Assembly: GCA_021432655.1 (NCBI GenBank)
Contig: MU271183.1
Span: forward strand, 1 to 64,000
Length of the DNA stretch: 64,000 nucleotides
DNA from: Atractiella rhizophila
Lineage: Eukaryota
Direction: 5' to 3'
Positions 38,587-48,917 of the stretch are shown piece by piece. The number at the start of each line of letters is the position of its first letter. Position 1 is the first letter of the stretch. The position numbers and the translations under genes are program-made. Under the pieces are notes generated by a model. The model was not told the DNA's origin. It saw nothing but the letters and a program-made list of their open reading frames with translations, and made no database searches.

Positions 38587-40479
38587 ATGCCTCAGGATCT
38601 GTTCACCCTCACCGCAGACCCAACACCCCTTCCACCTAACCATCCTTTTCATTTCTCGCGGTCTCTCCCAACCGACGGGAAGAAAAAGGTGCTTAAATCC
38701 CACCTCGCCCTCCTCAACTACTCGTCTGAGCCCGCTGTTTCTTCCCGCGCACGAAAAGCTACTACATCCCTAACTTCTGATTCGCAAGGTGCGAATTTCC
38801 ATTTGCACTCGAATAACAATCAAGATACTGATCTTTATTAATTGGTTGAAGGCAAGAAAAGAGGCATTTCTAGGAATGAGAAACTCCGCCTGGAGCGATC
38901 CGTTAGTAGTAGCTTTGCGCGGAAGAGGCGGGCAAATGGAGCTGGAATTGAGAGTGCAATGGCAGAGACAACAGAGGAGGAGAGGAACAGGGTGCTAGGT
39001 GATGTCAAGGGGAAGACGGCGGAAGAGAATATTTGGGCTGATGGCGGAGATGAGGGGAAGCAGGTGTGCTTTTTCTTCCACACAGAGTATTTTCAGCGCA
39101 GGAAATTACGTTCTTTTCTCATATGCCTGGCACCGCGCTTGCGAGTTCTTACGGGGTGACTGGTCCGATGAGGGTCTCAATGCGCTGTAGCTGTTAGTAG
39201 ACATTGCGGGAGCATATGTGCTATGGCTTGGTCGCTACTGTGCACAATGCACAGGCCCTCGGCCTCTTGAAGAGATCACACTTTTGACAGATCAAGTGCA
39301 TTCTGCTGATCAAGTTGATTTATGCTCAACTAGACAACTAGTAGCAGGTCCGTCGTCTAGTTGTGAGATTGCTGTTAATTCAGCTTGTTGAGTCGAGTGG
39401 CGATGCAGCAGAGTGTTGGAGAACCTGCTTGTTAATGTTAAGGTAATCACGCAATGACCAGCTTTGTCGCTCCTCGTACTCGAGCTGCGAATTACGACGC
39501 TGTTCTCGTAAATAATGTTGCATCCCTCTTGCTTTGGCAACTTCTTCCTCATGATCCTACGAGGTGGAAAGGTGCTGCGATTGGGAAGATCGAGCCTCCT
39601 CCTAAGGTCACGGCATGGTCTTAGGAGTATCCGACGGTATCTCCCTTGCTGACATTCGGATGAAGCAAGGGTCGTTTAAAGCGGATGACATCCTCTACAT
39701 TCTGTCTACTTCAATATGTAGCTGAGAGAAACATGCTGACTTCGGCAGTAAAGGTGCAGCTTCCTCCATCAGCTCTCAAGTCCGAAAAAATGAAGATGCC
39801 CCATCCAGGATCGTCGTACAACCCGTCTTTGACATCCCATCAATCTCTGCTTTCAGTAAACCACGAGTCTGCAATAGTCGAAGAGGAGAAAGAATCAGCG
39901 GCACGCGCAGTGAAGGATCAAATGGAAGCAGGTCGGGAAGACCGCAAGCGAAAGCGTATTGAAGGCGTTGAAGATGAAGTTGGGAGTGGAGAGGAAGCAT
40001 CAGGAGGGGAGGCTGAAGGAGACGCGGATTGGAAGAAGGGACCAAGGAGAAAGAAGAAGAAACTGTCGAGTCTGAAGAAGGAAGCGAGGAAGGAAGAGGA
40101 GAAGAGACTTGAGGAGAAAAAGAGGCTCAAGGCCCAGCGGAGACAAATTGATGAGTTGGCGGTCCCCGAGTCGATAGAAGAGAAGGCTATTGTACCTTAC
40201 GAGCCACAACCATCCAAACCACTACCCGTTGAAGAGGTTGAGGTCGACCTCACATTTCAGCTTACTGATTCACTTGCACCATCCCTTCGCCAGTTGGAGC
40301 CGGAAGGAAGTCTCATTCGAGACTTTGACCAACGTACAAAGAAGATGACAGGACTTGGTGGGTTGAAGAAGGGAGGTATCAAGGGTGGGCAAGGGAGAGG
40401 AGGGAAGGATGCTCAGAAGCATTGGAAGAACAAGGAGAAGATCGTTGAGAAGCCGGGGTGGCGGTTTTGGCAGGGTTGA
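38587..40479 (+). CDS. NOP53: Ribosome biogenesis protein Nop53/GLTSCR2; exons 38587-38788, 38852-39063, 39754-40479
   Basis: VLKSHLALLNYSSEPAVSS, PHPGSSYNPSLTSHQSLL, FQLTDSLAPSLRQLEPEGSLIRD; splice phases join in frame. Confidence 0.85.
39140..39283 (+). ncRNA. Candidate intronic structured RNA, H/ACA-like, no target identified
   Basis: Stem GAGGGTCT/AGGCCCTC enclosing two hairpins (CAATG/CATTG; GCAT-TGTGC/GCACA-ATGC), followed by AGATCA and ACA at 39278-39280. Confidence 0.3.
39295..39517 (+). ncRNA. Candidate H/ACA snoRNA, snR5-like (25S psi1124; degenerate psi1004 pocket)
   Basis: Hairpin TGCAT/ATGCA, H-like AGAGTG at 39410, hairpin GAGAAC/GTTCTC, then ATA+3 nt. Arms TCTGCTGATC (39302-39311) and GAGTGGC (39395-39401) pair with 25S GCCAUUU-UU-GGUAAGCAGA. 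Confidence 0.5.
39522..39693 (+). ncRNA. H/ACA snoRNA, snR31-like (guide for the 18S psi999 equivalent)
   Basis: 3' hairpin with lower stem ATCCG/CGGAT and upper stem CCCTTGCT/AGCAAGGG; pocket ACGGTATCT (39634-39642) + TCGTTT (39672-39677) is complementary to 18S AAACGA-UC-AGAUACCGU; ACA box at 39688-39690, 16 nt from the upper stem. Confidence 0.85.
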
Positions 40480-40593
40480 AATCCAGATTTTATGTTTGTG
40501 CACGTTATATTGTTTAAACCATATGGTGAATCACTGGTAGCTATTTGGGAGCGGAGCAATGTTAACACGCAAGTCGATCCTGTAACAGATACA

Positions 40594-40664
40594 GCTGCTA
40601 TAGTTTAAGGGTAGAATCGTACCTTCCCAAGGTATGGGCCCGAGTTCGAGTCTCGGTGGCAGCA
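40594..40664 (+). tRNA. tRNA-Gly (CCC), intronless
   Basis: Cloverleaf: acceptor GCTGCTA/TGGCAGC-A, anticodon arm GTACC-TTCCCAA-GGTAT, T arm CCGAG-TTCGAGT-CTCGG; T-run terminator near 40680. Confidence 0.95.
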
Positions 40665-41429
40665 GTTACTTTGTTTATCTTTTTATTGGGGTAATTAATA
40701 TGCTATTTTTACATTATCTTACCGAGTGCGCCATCTTTCTTTCTCTCCCAGGTCATCCACTTCTTGGACTTCAAAAACCGCCATGCTGTGATGACGAATC
40801 TGCAATCTTGCGATGTTGGCTCAGCCGATCGCCGGCTTAAACCCGAACGTGGTGCAAGCGATTGCCAAGTCGTGATGTATGCAGCGACCACAAGCAACCA
40901 CGAAAGCTCTGCCCGCCTCACTCCTAGCCCACGCCGGGGCCTCACTACGCTATTCTCAATCGCGGGTTTTGGGCAATAGGGAGTGCTAGAGGGACAGGGA
41001 AGATATTCAGGTGAAAAGGTACGTCAATGTTTGCAATTGCAACTAGCCAGTCTTCTTTCTTCTTGCCTTTATTTTTTCCAAGTGCCTTCACTTTTGGAGC
41101 GTCAGCATTGTGATACAAACCGATTTGTTGCGTTTATTGTGTCTGTCGGGAAAAAAAGCACCTCGAGCCCATCTTGTACTTCGTAGCCCCAAGAGATATA
41201 TCGATGAGGGCTGTCTTATCCTTCAGCTGCTGAATGTGACGTTTTATGGCATGCAAAGGCTTGAAATATATAACGAAGCCCACAGACAGGCTAGGTTGGA
41301 CTGACTAGGCCATGGAGTCTATGGTATTACCTGGGAACATTTACGATAATGCAGCAACTACTTTATAGCTGCTCTATCACTCTTGGACCTTTAGGATGAA
41401 TTTACTGACACATCCCGCAGTACGATACC

Positions 41430-43576
41430 ATGACAAGCTGCAGCCCTAATAACATTATCCTTCTCACTATCTCCCCGGTCGGAATCACTACTGCTCAAGT
41501 GAATCTTCCTTCGAGAACGTTGACCATCACACTTGCACCTGCGCCTTCATCTTCGTCGCCAACCAGTTATGTCAAGACGCGACGGGAGCGTTCAAATTCG
41601 CAACCGCTGCCCCCTCCTCCTTCCCATCCAATCAGATCGTCAGGAGGGACGGCAACTCCACCGGCTTATGCACCTTACGAGTCGAGACGACGAAAGCCAC
41701 CATCGCCTCCGACACGGTCTCCTAGATTATCTCCTTCCCCACCTCCTTCATCCTCGAATTCTCCGGACCCTCCTCCACTCGTGTTGAGAAAGATACCGCC
41801 TCGTCCACCCAAAAAGCCCGCAACATTGTCAAAGAGCAGGGGAAGCTCGCCTACCCGAAACGGAGGCGAGAAGCAAGAAGAAGAATGGATTTGGTTCTCT
41901 GTTGAGAACGAGTGGGCGATGCCGATTGCACCCAAGACCAGGGTGCGTGACTTAAGTAGACGATACCTCTTTCGTTTTCAGGAGTCGCCATCCTCGCATG
42001 GGAAAGAAGATCTATGGATGACGCTGAACATGGAAGCTGTGTCTGAAGACGACCTTTCGCTCTTCACTTCCATCCTAGAAGCGCGAACTTCTTTTCGCCA
42101 ACCCCAGGGATATGACGGCGTGCCAGAGATACTGGACGAAGAGTTCAGTCATGCAATGGAAGCTGGGGGAAAGGGGACAGTTCGGAAAATGCAGACGAAC
42201 GAGGAGTATGCACGGGAGTTGAGGAGCCATCCGAAGACGCTCATGCTGGTGGATTCAGAGACCGGCGCGCCGATCGGAGAGCTTGCGGCGGGGGTGGATA
42301 TCAATGAGATGTTAGGAGCGCAGAGTTTGAGGAAGTCCAGATCGAACGTCTCGATCGGCGCAGCGTCCAGAAGAGGTGATGGAAATGCTGAACCAGTCGT
42401 GGTGACCCTTCCGTCAGATTGGGATCCTTCGCATCACCCTTCAATCCAAGTTGAGACCGTTTCCCACGCTCAAGCTAAAGGACGCATGGGCGGGAAGTAC
42501 GACGACTCAAAAGTAGTAGTGATGTCCAATGTCATTTCTCGTGGCATCGTGTTGGCAAGTGAAAAACTGTCAACGCAGATGGAAGGAGCGACGAATAAAT
42601 GGATAGATAGGAAGAGGGAGGAAATGCGAGAGAGAGAAGCAAACGGAGAACCGCCCCTCGAGCAAAGCCCCCTCGTGTTCCATCCCCTTGCAAAGGAAGG
42701 GGTACAGAAAACGTATCAAGCAACGCAGCAAGGTAAGCCTCCCCAGCGAACTCTCTGTTTGAACAGGAGGTTTGACGGGCCACTGCTATAGTCGTCAATT
42801 TCTCGAGCGCTACGATCTCGCATCTCTCAACTACCGCAAGCAGGTTTGGAGATCGCGTAGGAAGGTCCCTTAAATTCGGGGATGGCAGTATGCTCTCTCC
42901 CTTCATGCCTTTGAAGTCGTATCCTGATGTATCTTCGATAGGTGGCAGTGGTCAGCCGAACAAGTCTGCAGGAGCGTTCAAGTCGGCCCTCGGGAAAACC
43001 CTCGTTGCGATTGGAAACGTAGCTGACGGTCTTGGTACAGGGTTTGTCCTCTCCCTCGCTTTCCCCAAATTGAGTGTCAATCTGACCCCGTCCGGTAGCA
43101 CGAAGAACGTGGTGGATGCCGCTGGAAACTCGTCTACCACTATAATTTCTCATAAATACGGCGATGAAGCTGGAGAAGTCGCAAGACAGGTTGGAGGGAT
43201 CATTAAAGGAGTTGTTGTACGCCTTTACGCCTCATTTTGATTGGGACTAATGGACCTCTCTCAGGTCGTCTATGTCGAGTACGATTCTCGTTCCCATTTT
43301 TCTGACACTGACCTCGACCTAGTGCTCGAGGAGTTGTGCGTCAGGTCGTCCTGAAGTCCGCAGGAAAGTCTGCTATAAAAGCACAGATGGTACGCAATCC
43401 TTGCCCTCTGCAATAGTCTAATTTAGTTACACTATTGGTAGTCGGACGGTCGACAAGTTGTCCTTGAATCAAATCCCAACGACTACTTCGATCCTGAGAA
43501 ACAGATGCCAGAGCGGAACATGCCTTTGAAGACCCCTATAAAACCCATCAACCTTGTCAAAGGGGCAATGAGGTAA
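41430..43576 (+). CDS. Spartin/senescence-associated-domain protein, multi-exon
   Basis: ISRGIVLASEKL, IISHKYGDEAGEVAR, VVYVD-ARGVVRQVVLKSAGK in the spliced C-terminal exons. Confidence 0.8.
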
Positions 43577-44474
43577 CTTTAACCATTATTCGTTTTACTT
43601 TGGGCTGCAAGGGTGCATTTCTGGCTTTCTTGTTTAACCAGTGGTTTATTTGTTCGCAAGCAGGGACACGCTCGAACTCGTACACGATAGTTTAGATGCT
43701 GTGCTCATTTGTAAATAATCGCAACATAGTAGTAGGGGGTTTTAGCACATTCGTTTATTCAGGACAATTAAGGTCATCAACCGCAGTGTTTTGTCAGCCA
43801 GACTACTTCAAGTTGAAAGATTCCGTGGCTCCGGAAAGCAAAGTAAAGGTGGTGATATGTTTGCAACAAAGCTCCTCATCTGACAATCTCAGTTTCACCT
43901 ATTCGAACTGCGCGATGCTGACGGATTTTTACTAGCTAAACATAAGACAAGAAAGCAGAGTAAATTTACTAGTGCAATGCGTGAGCAAACAGTTGCTAGT
44001 AGTAGCTCGCTATACAAATCACACTTTTAAATTGGTCAGCTGATTATTTTATCGATATAGAACGAAATATATGCGACTCTAGCTTAGCAGAGGTAAACAC
44101 GACGTCTTATGTTTTCTTCCTGTGGCAGATTACAATAAGGTCTGAACTTAAATATGAGGGAAAAAGGGTGACGTCCAGATTCTCCTTAGCCATCCCAAGC
44201 TTCTGCCTTTATTGCGAAATTTATCTCATCCAGTCTCTGTCTTCCCCATAAATAAAATCTTTTGAGTCGGCGTCCTACTCCATGTGACATCATATTCTGA
44301 CTCACCTTGGGAGATGCGGCAGTTCCATTCCAGGCAACATCATCCGCTCAGGTACAACGTCAACTTGACCTCCACAATTATCCAACCATCCTTATAGCAT
44401 TATCTGCTTGATAGTACCTCACGTGCGGCTTCTCGACAGCTATACCCGACACACTCTTGGCATTTTGAGCAACC

Positions 44475-45590
44475 ATGACTTCTCTCATAACATCCTTCCT
44501 CAATTGGCTCAAATCGCTCTTCTTCACCAAAGAGCTAGAGATCACCTTAGTTGGCTTACAGAATTCTGGGAAGGTAAGTATCCCACCCATTATTTTCTTG
44601 CTGCCGTATGCTGACCTAAACATGGCGAAAGACATCACTGGGTTCGTTTTATGTACTTAGGGGTGGTGAAGTTGGCTGACTTTTAAAATTTGAAAACATA
44701 AGTGAACGTACTTGCTGTGAGTTTTCTATTTCTCCTCGAAGATTGATAAATTTAATGAGTCTTGTTATTGCAGAACGGTCAATTCTCTGAAGAGATGATC
44801 CCGACCGTCGTCCGTGCACTTAATTATTTTCCCTCTGCGCTTTGCCTAACACCTCTGTGATAGGGATTCAACATGCGCAAAGGTACTTTTCAGCGTTTCT
44901 TCTTATCTGGAAGAATGGATGAAACTGAGCGGAATGCTAGTTACCAAAGGCAGCGTCACCATCAAGTTGTGGGACATTGGGGTTGGTGGTTCTCTATCTC
45001 TCCCCGTCTCCCGCTCTTTCTGTGCTCGCGAACCAGGAAGTGTTCTGACCAATTCTGCTGGATGGATAGGGGCAACCACGGTTCCGCTCGATGTGGGAGC
45101 GCTACTGTCGTGGAGTGTCTGCGGTCGTGTTCGTCTCACACTCTCCATCACGTCATAAGTTATGGCTGATGTTACGTGCGGCAGATTCCTCCTGGACGCC
45201 TCTCGACCCGATCTCCTCCCCGAGTCTCATCGGGAGTTCACAGCACTTATTGAGTCGGAAGCGATGAAAGGAGTACCGACACTTGTGCTGGGGAACAAGA
45301 ACGATCTTGAAGGAGCTTTGGGGACGAAGGAAATTATCGACGGACTGTACGTCGTTTTCCAATGATAATAACATGACTTGCTTCCCTTGGAGTGGATATT
45401 GATGTTGTTTTGGATTTGGGGCGACAGGGAACTGGGACGAGTCACAGATAGGGAGATTAGCTGTTACAGTACTTTCCCCTTCCTTTCTTGTCCAGCTAGA
45501 GATGTTTTGCTAATCATGGGTACAGGCATTAGCTGTAAGAGTCAGAAGAATATCGATATCACCCTCAACTGGCTGATGAAGAGGGCTTGA
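44475..45590 (+). CDS. ARL8: ARF-like small GTPase Arl8, many short exons
   Basis: Spliced product [83 protein letters not shown]. Confidence 0.93.
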
Positions 45591-45810
45591 CGGTCCTTCC
45601 TCAGCGTACCTTCCACCATTGAAGGTCATCGAGATACCCATTCGATTTCAGAGTATCCTGACTGCTCCTCTTCTTTATTCGTGTCACCTTTCTTTATGGC
45701 TAAAACTTGGTTATGGACATTAGTTAGTCATGTAAAAATCGTAACAGTCATTGAACCAGTCATTCAAAACGTACATCCATCCAAAGCTGTGGTTCTGCGG
45801 CGCATCCATC

Positions 45811-46972
45811 TCATCGTCCGCCACTGCTGACCACCCTCCTCGCCCTCCAATTACCCAGCGGGCTCCCCACCGCAGCGTCTTCCCTCCTGCCCATTGGAGT
45901 CCCCATGTATCTGTTCACGCTTCCAACTCCACCAACAACCCCAGTCTTATTAGGACTGGGGGAAGCAGGGAGAGGGATGATGTCTCCACCTACTTTGAGG
46001 CCCATCCCTCCACCTCTCGCAGGAGATTCTAATCTATAATCCAACGGACGTGGAGAATCGAATTTGTTCTTTTGGGACCCAAGCCTAGGTGAAGACGCTT
46101 TGGATGGCGAGAACGAACGAGGGTCCCGCCGGATACGGACGCTGTTCGTGGGGCTGGAGCTGGAGTTGGATTGGGGACCGTAGAGATAGAAGAGGGAGGC
46201 GAGGGAGTTGTAGGTTGTGAGAAGGAGGAAAGCGAGGAGGAAAGACTTGATCCACCTTTTATACATTGTACGTCAGTGCTAAAATCTTTTACGGAAAAGC
46301 GAAAGAACATACACATTGTTTGACCACGGAGAGGGAAGGTAGTTCCACCCAACGCAAAGCAGGGCAGATGCAAGGATGTTGACCCGCGCTTTGGAAGCGA
46401 TCTCTGGCGCGTAAGGCCGCACGTTAGGAGGCAAGTTGTGGGTATAGAACTCCTCTTGTGGCTGCTTTTTTGCAGTTTGAGGCTGTGCCTTTGATTGAGG
46501 CGTCGACAGTTGTAACTGGGGAGTGCTTGGAGGATGGACGAATGTCGAACCTGGAGTAGAGAAAGAGGAAATTGATGAATTTTGTTGCGGCGTGGAGAAG
46601 GAGGGAGGGGGGTGGTGGATTTGACTGGCGTATTGAGGTAAGAAGCAGAGGAAGAAGTATTCACGAATCCTGTGCTCCTCCCTGCTGGTCCCCCACCGTC
46701 TCTACCGCCCCAACGTTCGCAATACTAGCCAGGGTTGAGCTCTTCTGTGGTGTTTGAAGCAACGAAAGCTGATTCTGCCCTTGTGCCTGTGCGGCGGCCT
46801 GTATTCTCTCTTTGTCTCGAGGTAGCAATCCAGACAACACGTCCGCATCGCTATAAGTGGAGGTAAGGACAGGGTATACGATGCTCTGGTGCCCTGGTGC
46901 GAAACGAACTTGCTTCCCTGTCAGCGGCGAAGGCGTCACGGGCGGCGTTTGGAAAGTGGATGGAGAAGTCAT
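45811..46972 (-). CDS. Hypothetical two-TM protein with S/T-P-rich flanks (architecture resembles nuclear-envelope Pom34-type proteins); 3 exons
   Basis: MTSPSTFQTPP start; a 40-nt intron near 46625-46664 restores the frame; hydrophobic segments VNILASALLCVGW and WIKSFLLAFLLLTTYNSLASLFYL. Confidence 0.65.
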
Positions 46973-47605
46973 CACGCTGTTGTCCTTTATGGTTAGCCTG
47001 TATCTGACAAAGATCACGAAGTGTCTCGCAATAAGACGCGTTGGCGGTGTGAAGAAAAAACAACAAAGGAGAGCGGGAACTGTTGCCTGGAAAGGAAATA
47101 CCGGTGAGGCAATACATACGTTAAACACAATTTCTGTCCCCTGCCACTGATATAAACTATATATGACGATAAATGAAATGTGTAACGTGTAACATGTTTA
47201 AACGTTTGTAAGCCTACTCAATCTATAATACTTGATGAAGAGCAACCTGATATCATTTGGATCTCCCCAATTGCTCCCCTGAGATTTTGTGCCTTTGCCT
47301 GAGGAACAGGAACGGTATTAGCAGCTTATGCTGGAATTCCTACATTAATTAGATATTAACAAACCGTCTCACTGTTTTGTTTACCACGCATTCAGGCTAG
47401 CTGGACAACTCCACAACTCATTGCGGTGGTGACCAGTCCTCGTCGGCGGGATCCCACATGCCTCCCTCCTCCACTCCACTGCGGACGGTTGACGCGGCGT
47501 GGTCTTTCAGATGAAGCGGTTCAGACGGGAGCCTGATTGTCTATATAAGGATGCGTTATAGGTACGAGGGAGTTATCAGATCAAGAGGAGTTTACTGCGT
47601 CAAAA

Positions 47606-48458
47606 ATGTCGTTGCCATATTCAGAAGAATTCCGCGCGCTGCACCAATCGGTCGACAAGTATTACAACAGCGTCTTTCCCTCTAGTGATTCGATCTTGGA
47701 TGCTGTTCTCGCATCCCAGAACGAGCTACATATCCCAAACATCAATGTCGGCGCCCAACAGGGCAAGTTGATGCAAATCCTGCTCAGACAGAACATTGCT
47801 GGATCACCGAACCTCCCAAACAAGCAGTGCCGTGTAGTTGAAGTTGGAGTTTTAGCCGGTGTCCGTCTTTCCCAGATCAATGTCGCTCTTCTAACTGATT
47901 TCTGCATCAGTACTCAGCCATCTGGCTTGGCAGAGCACTCCTTTCAGGTTCCAATGAGCCACTAGGAAAGCTCGTTGCGATCGAGTACGAAGAGAAGCAT
48001 GCCAAAGTCTCTCGTGACAATATTTTGCGGCAGCCAGGTCTCGATAGCGTCATCGAAGTTCGACATAGCGCCGGTGAGGACGTTATGAAGGAACTTTTAT
48101 CCGACCAATCCTTCAAGGGGAAGACGGATTTCGTTTTCCTCGACGCAGACAAGGAAGGGTACCCCGTGTACCTTGACCTTGCTTACGATCTTCTACGAGA
48201 TGGCGGATTGATCGTCGTGGACAATGTTGTGAGGCACGGAAAGGTGGTCACTTCACCAGATTCTGGACCGACTCTAGGAGTGGTACAAATGAACGAGAAA
48301 TTGGCAAAATATATGAGGGAGGGAAAACTGAGCGGAATGGCTTGCCAGACGCTGGGGAGGGGTTGGGATGGTGGGTTACACATCCAATGTTCCTGCTGAA
48401 CTGATGGTTTTACACAGGATTCAGTGTCATCATGAAGGCCCCTGATCTCTTTAAGTAA
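47606..48458 (+). CDS. SAM-dependent O-methyltransferase (family 3), paralogue of 10280-11173; 3 exons
   Basis: INVGAQQGKLM, VEVGVLAGYS, DFVFLDADKEGYPVY, IVVDN; TATA-like ctatataag at 47541. Confidence 0.9.
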
Positions 48459-48917
48459 CATCGAACATTGCTGAAGCTTCGTAATGAGAGTAGAAGGAAC
48501 TTTCTCGGACTCGATGAAAGCCAAGTAGACGAAAAAGGCTGAATATTTCATTGTACTCCATACAACAGCCGAGTTACTGCCATTTGAACAGTGTGTAACC
48601 TTCCCGAGTCGTTCTGTTACAGTAGCAATAATGGCGAATTGGTGCAATTCGCCGGGTCGTGGAAAAGTTGCTACACTCGGTCCCCCAGCGTTTTCACTTT
48701 GACCACGGAGTTGAAGGGACGTACCCCGTCGACGGGCACCCTAGGGCTGAGTTATATCGGAAGCGGAAGAGCGAGTGCATCGGACCCTGATCAAATAAAA
48801 AGGTAGTGAGGAACTCATTCAGCTAATGTGAGGGTGAAGCGATAAAAGGGACTGAAACTTGATCAAATTTAACGATCCATTCGATACCAGGGAATCAATC
48901 GATTGCGATTCGATATC

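Noticed and set aside
39258..39300. U2 snRNA-like words (CTCGGCCT, AGATCAAGTG)
   Set aside because: Wrong spacing, and the branch-recognition sequence GUAGUA is absent
39629..39671. Apparent H-type pseudoknot suggesting telomerase RNA or a ribozyme
   Set aside because: No telomeric template or U-A triple-helix tract; the nested H/ACA hairpin with an rRNA-matching pocket explains the sequence better
47425..47510. TCCTCGT loop resembling an HDV-like ribozyme
   Set aside because: P3 does not pair, and P1/P2 partners were not found
48730..48875. TPP-riboswitch-like fragments (GCTGAG..ATATC, GACCCTGATC, AAACTTGATC) upstream of fluG
   Set aside because: No P5 stem with a UAAU loop, no CGNAGG closure, and no thiamine-related gene
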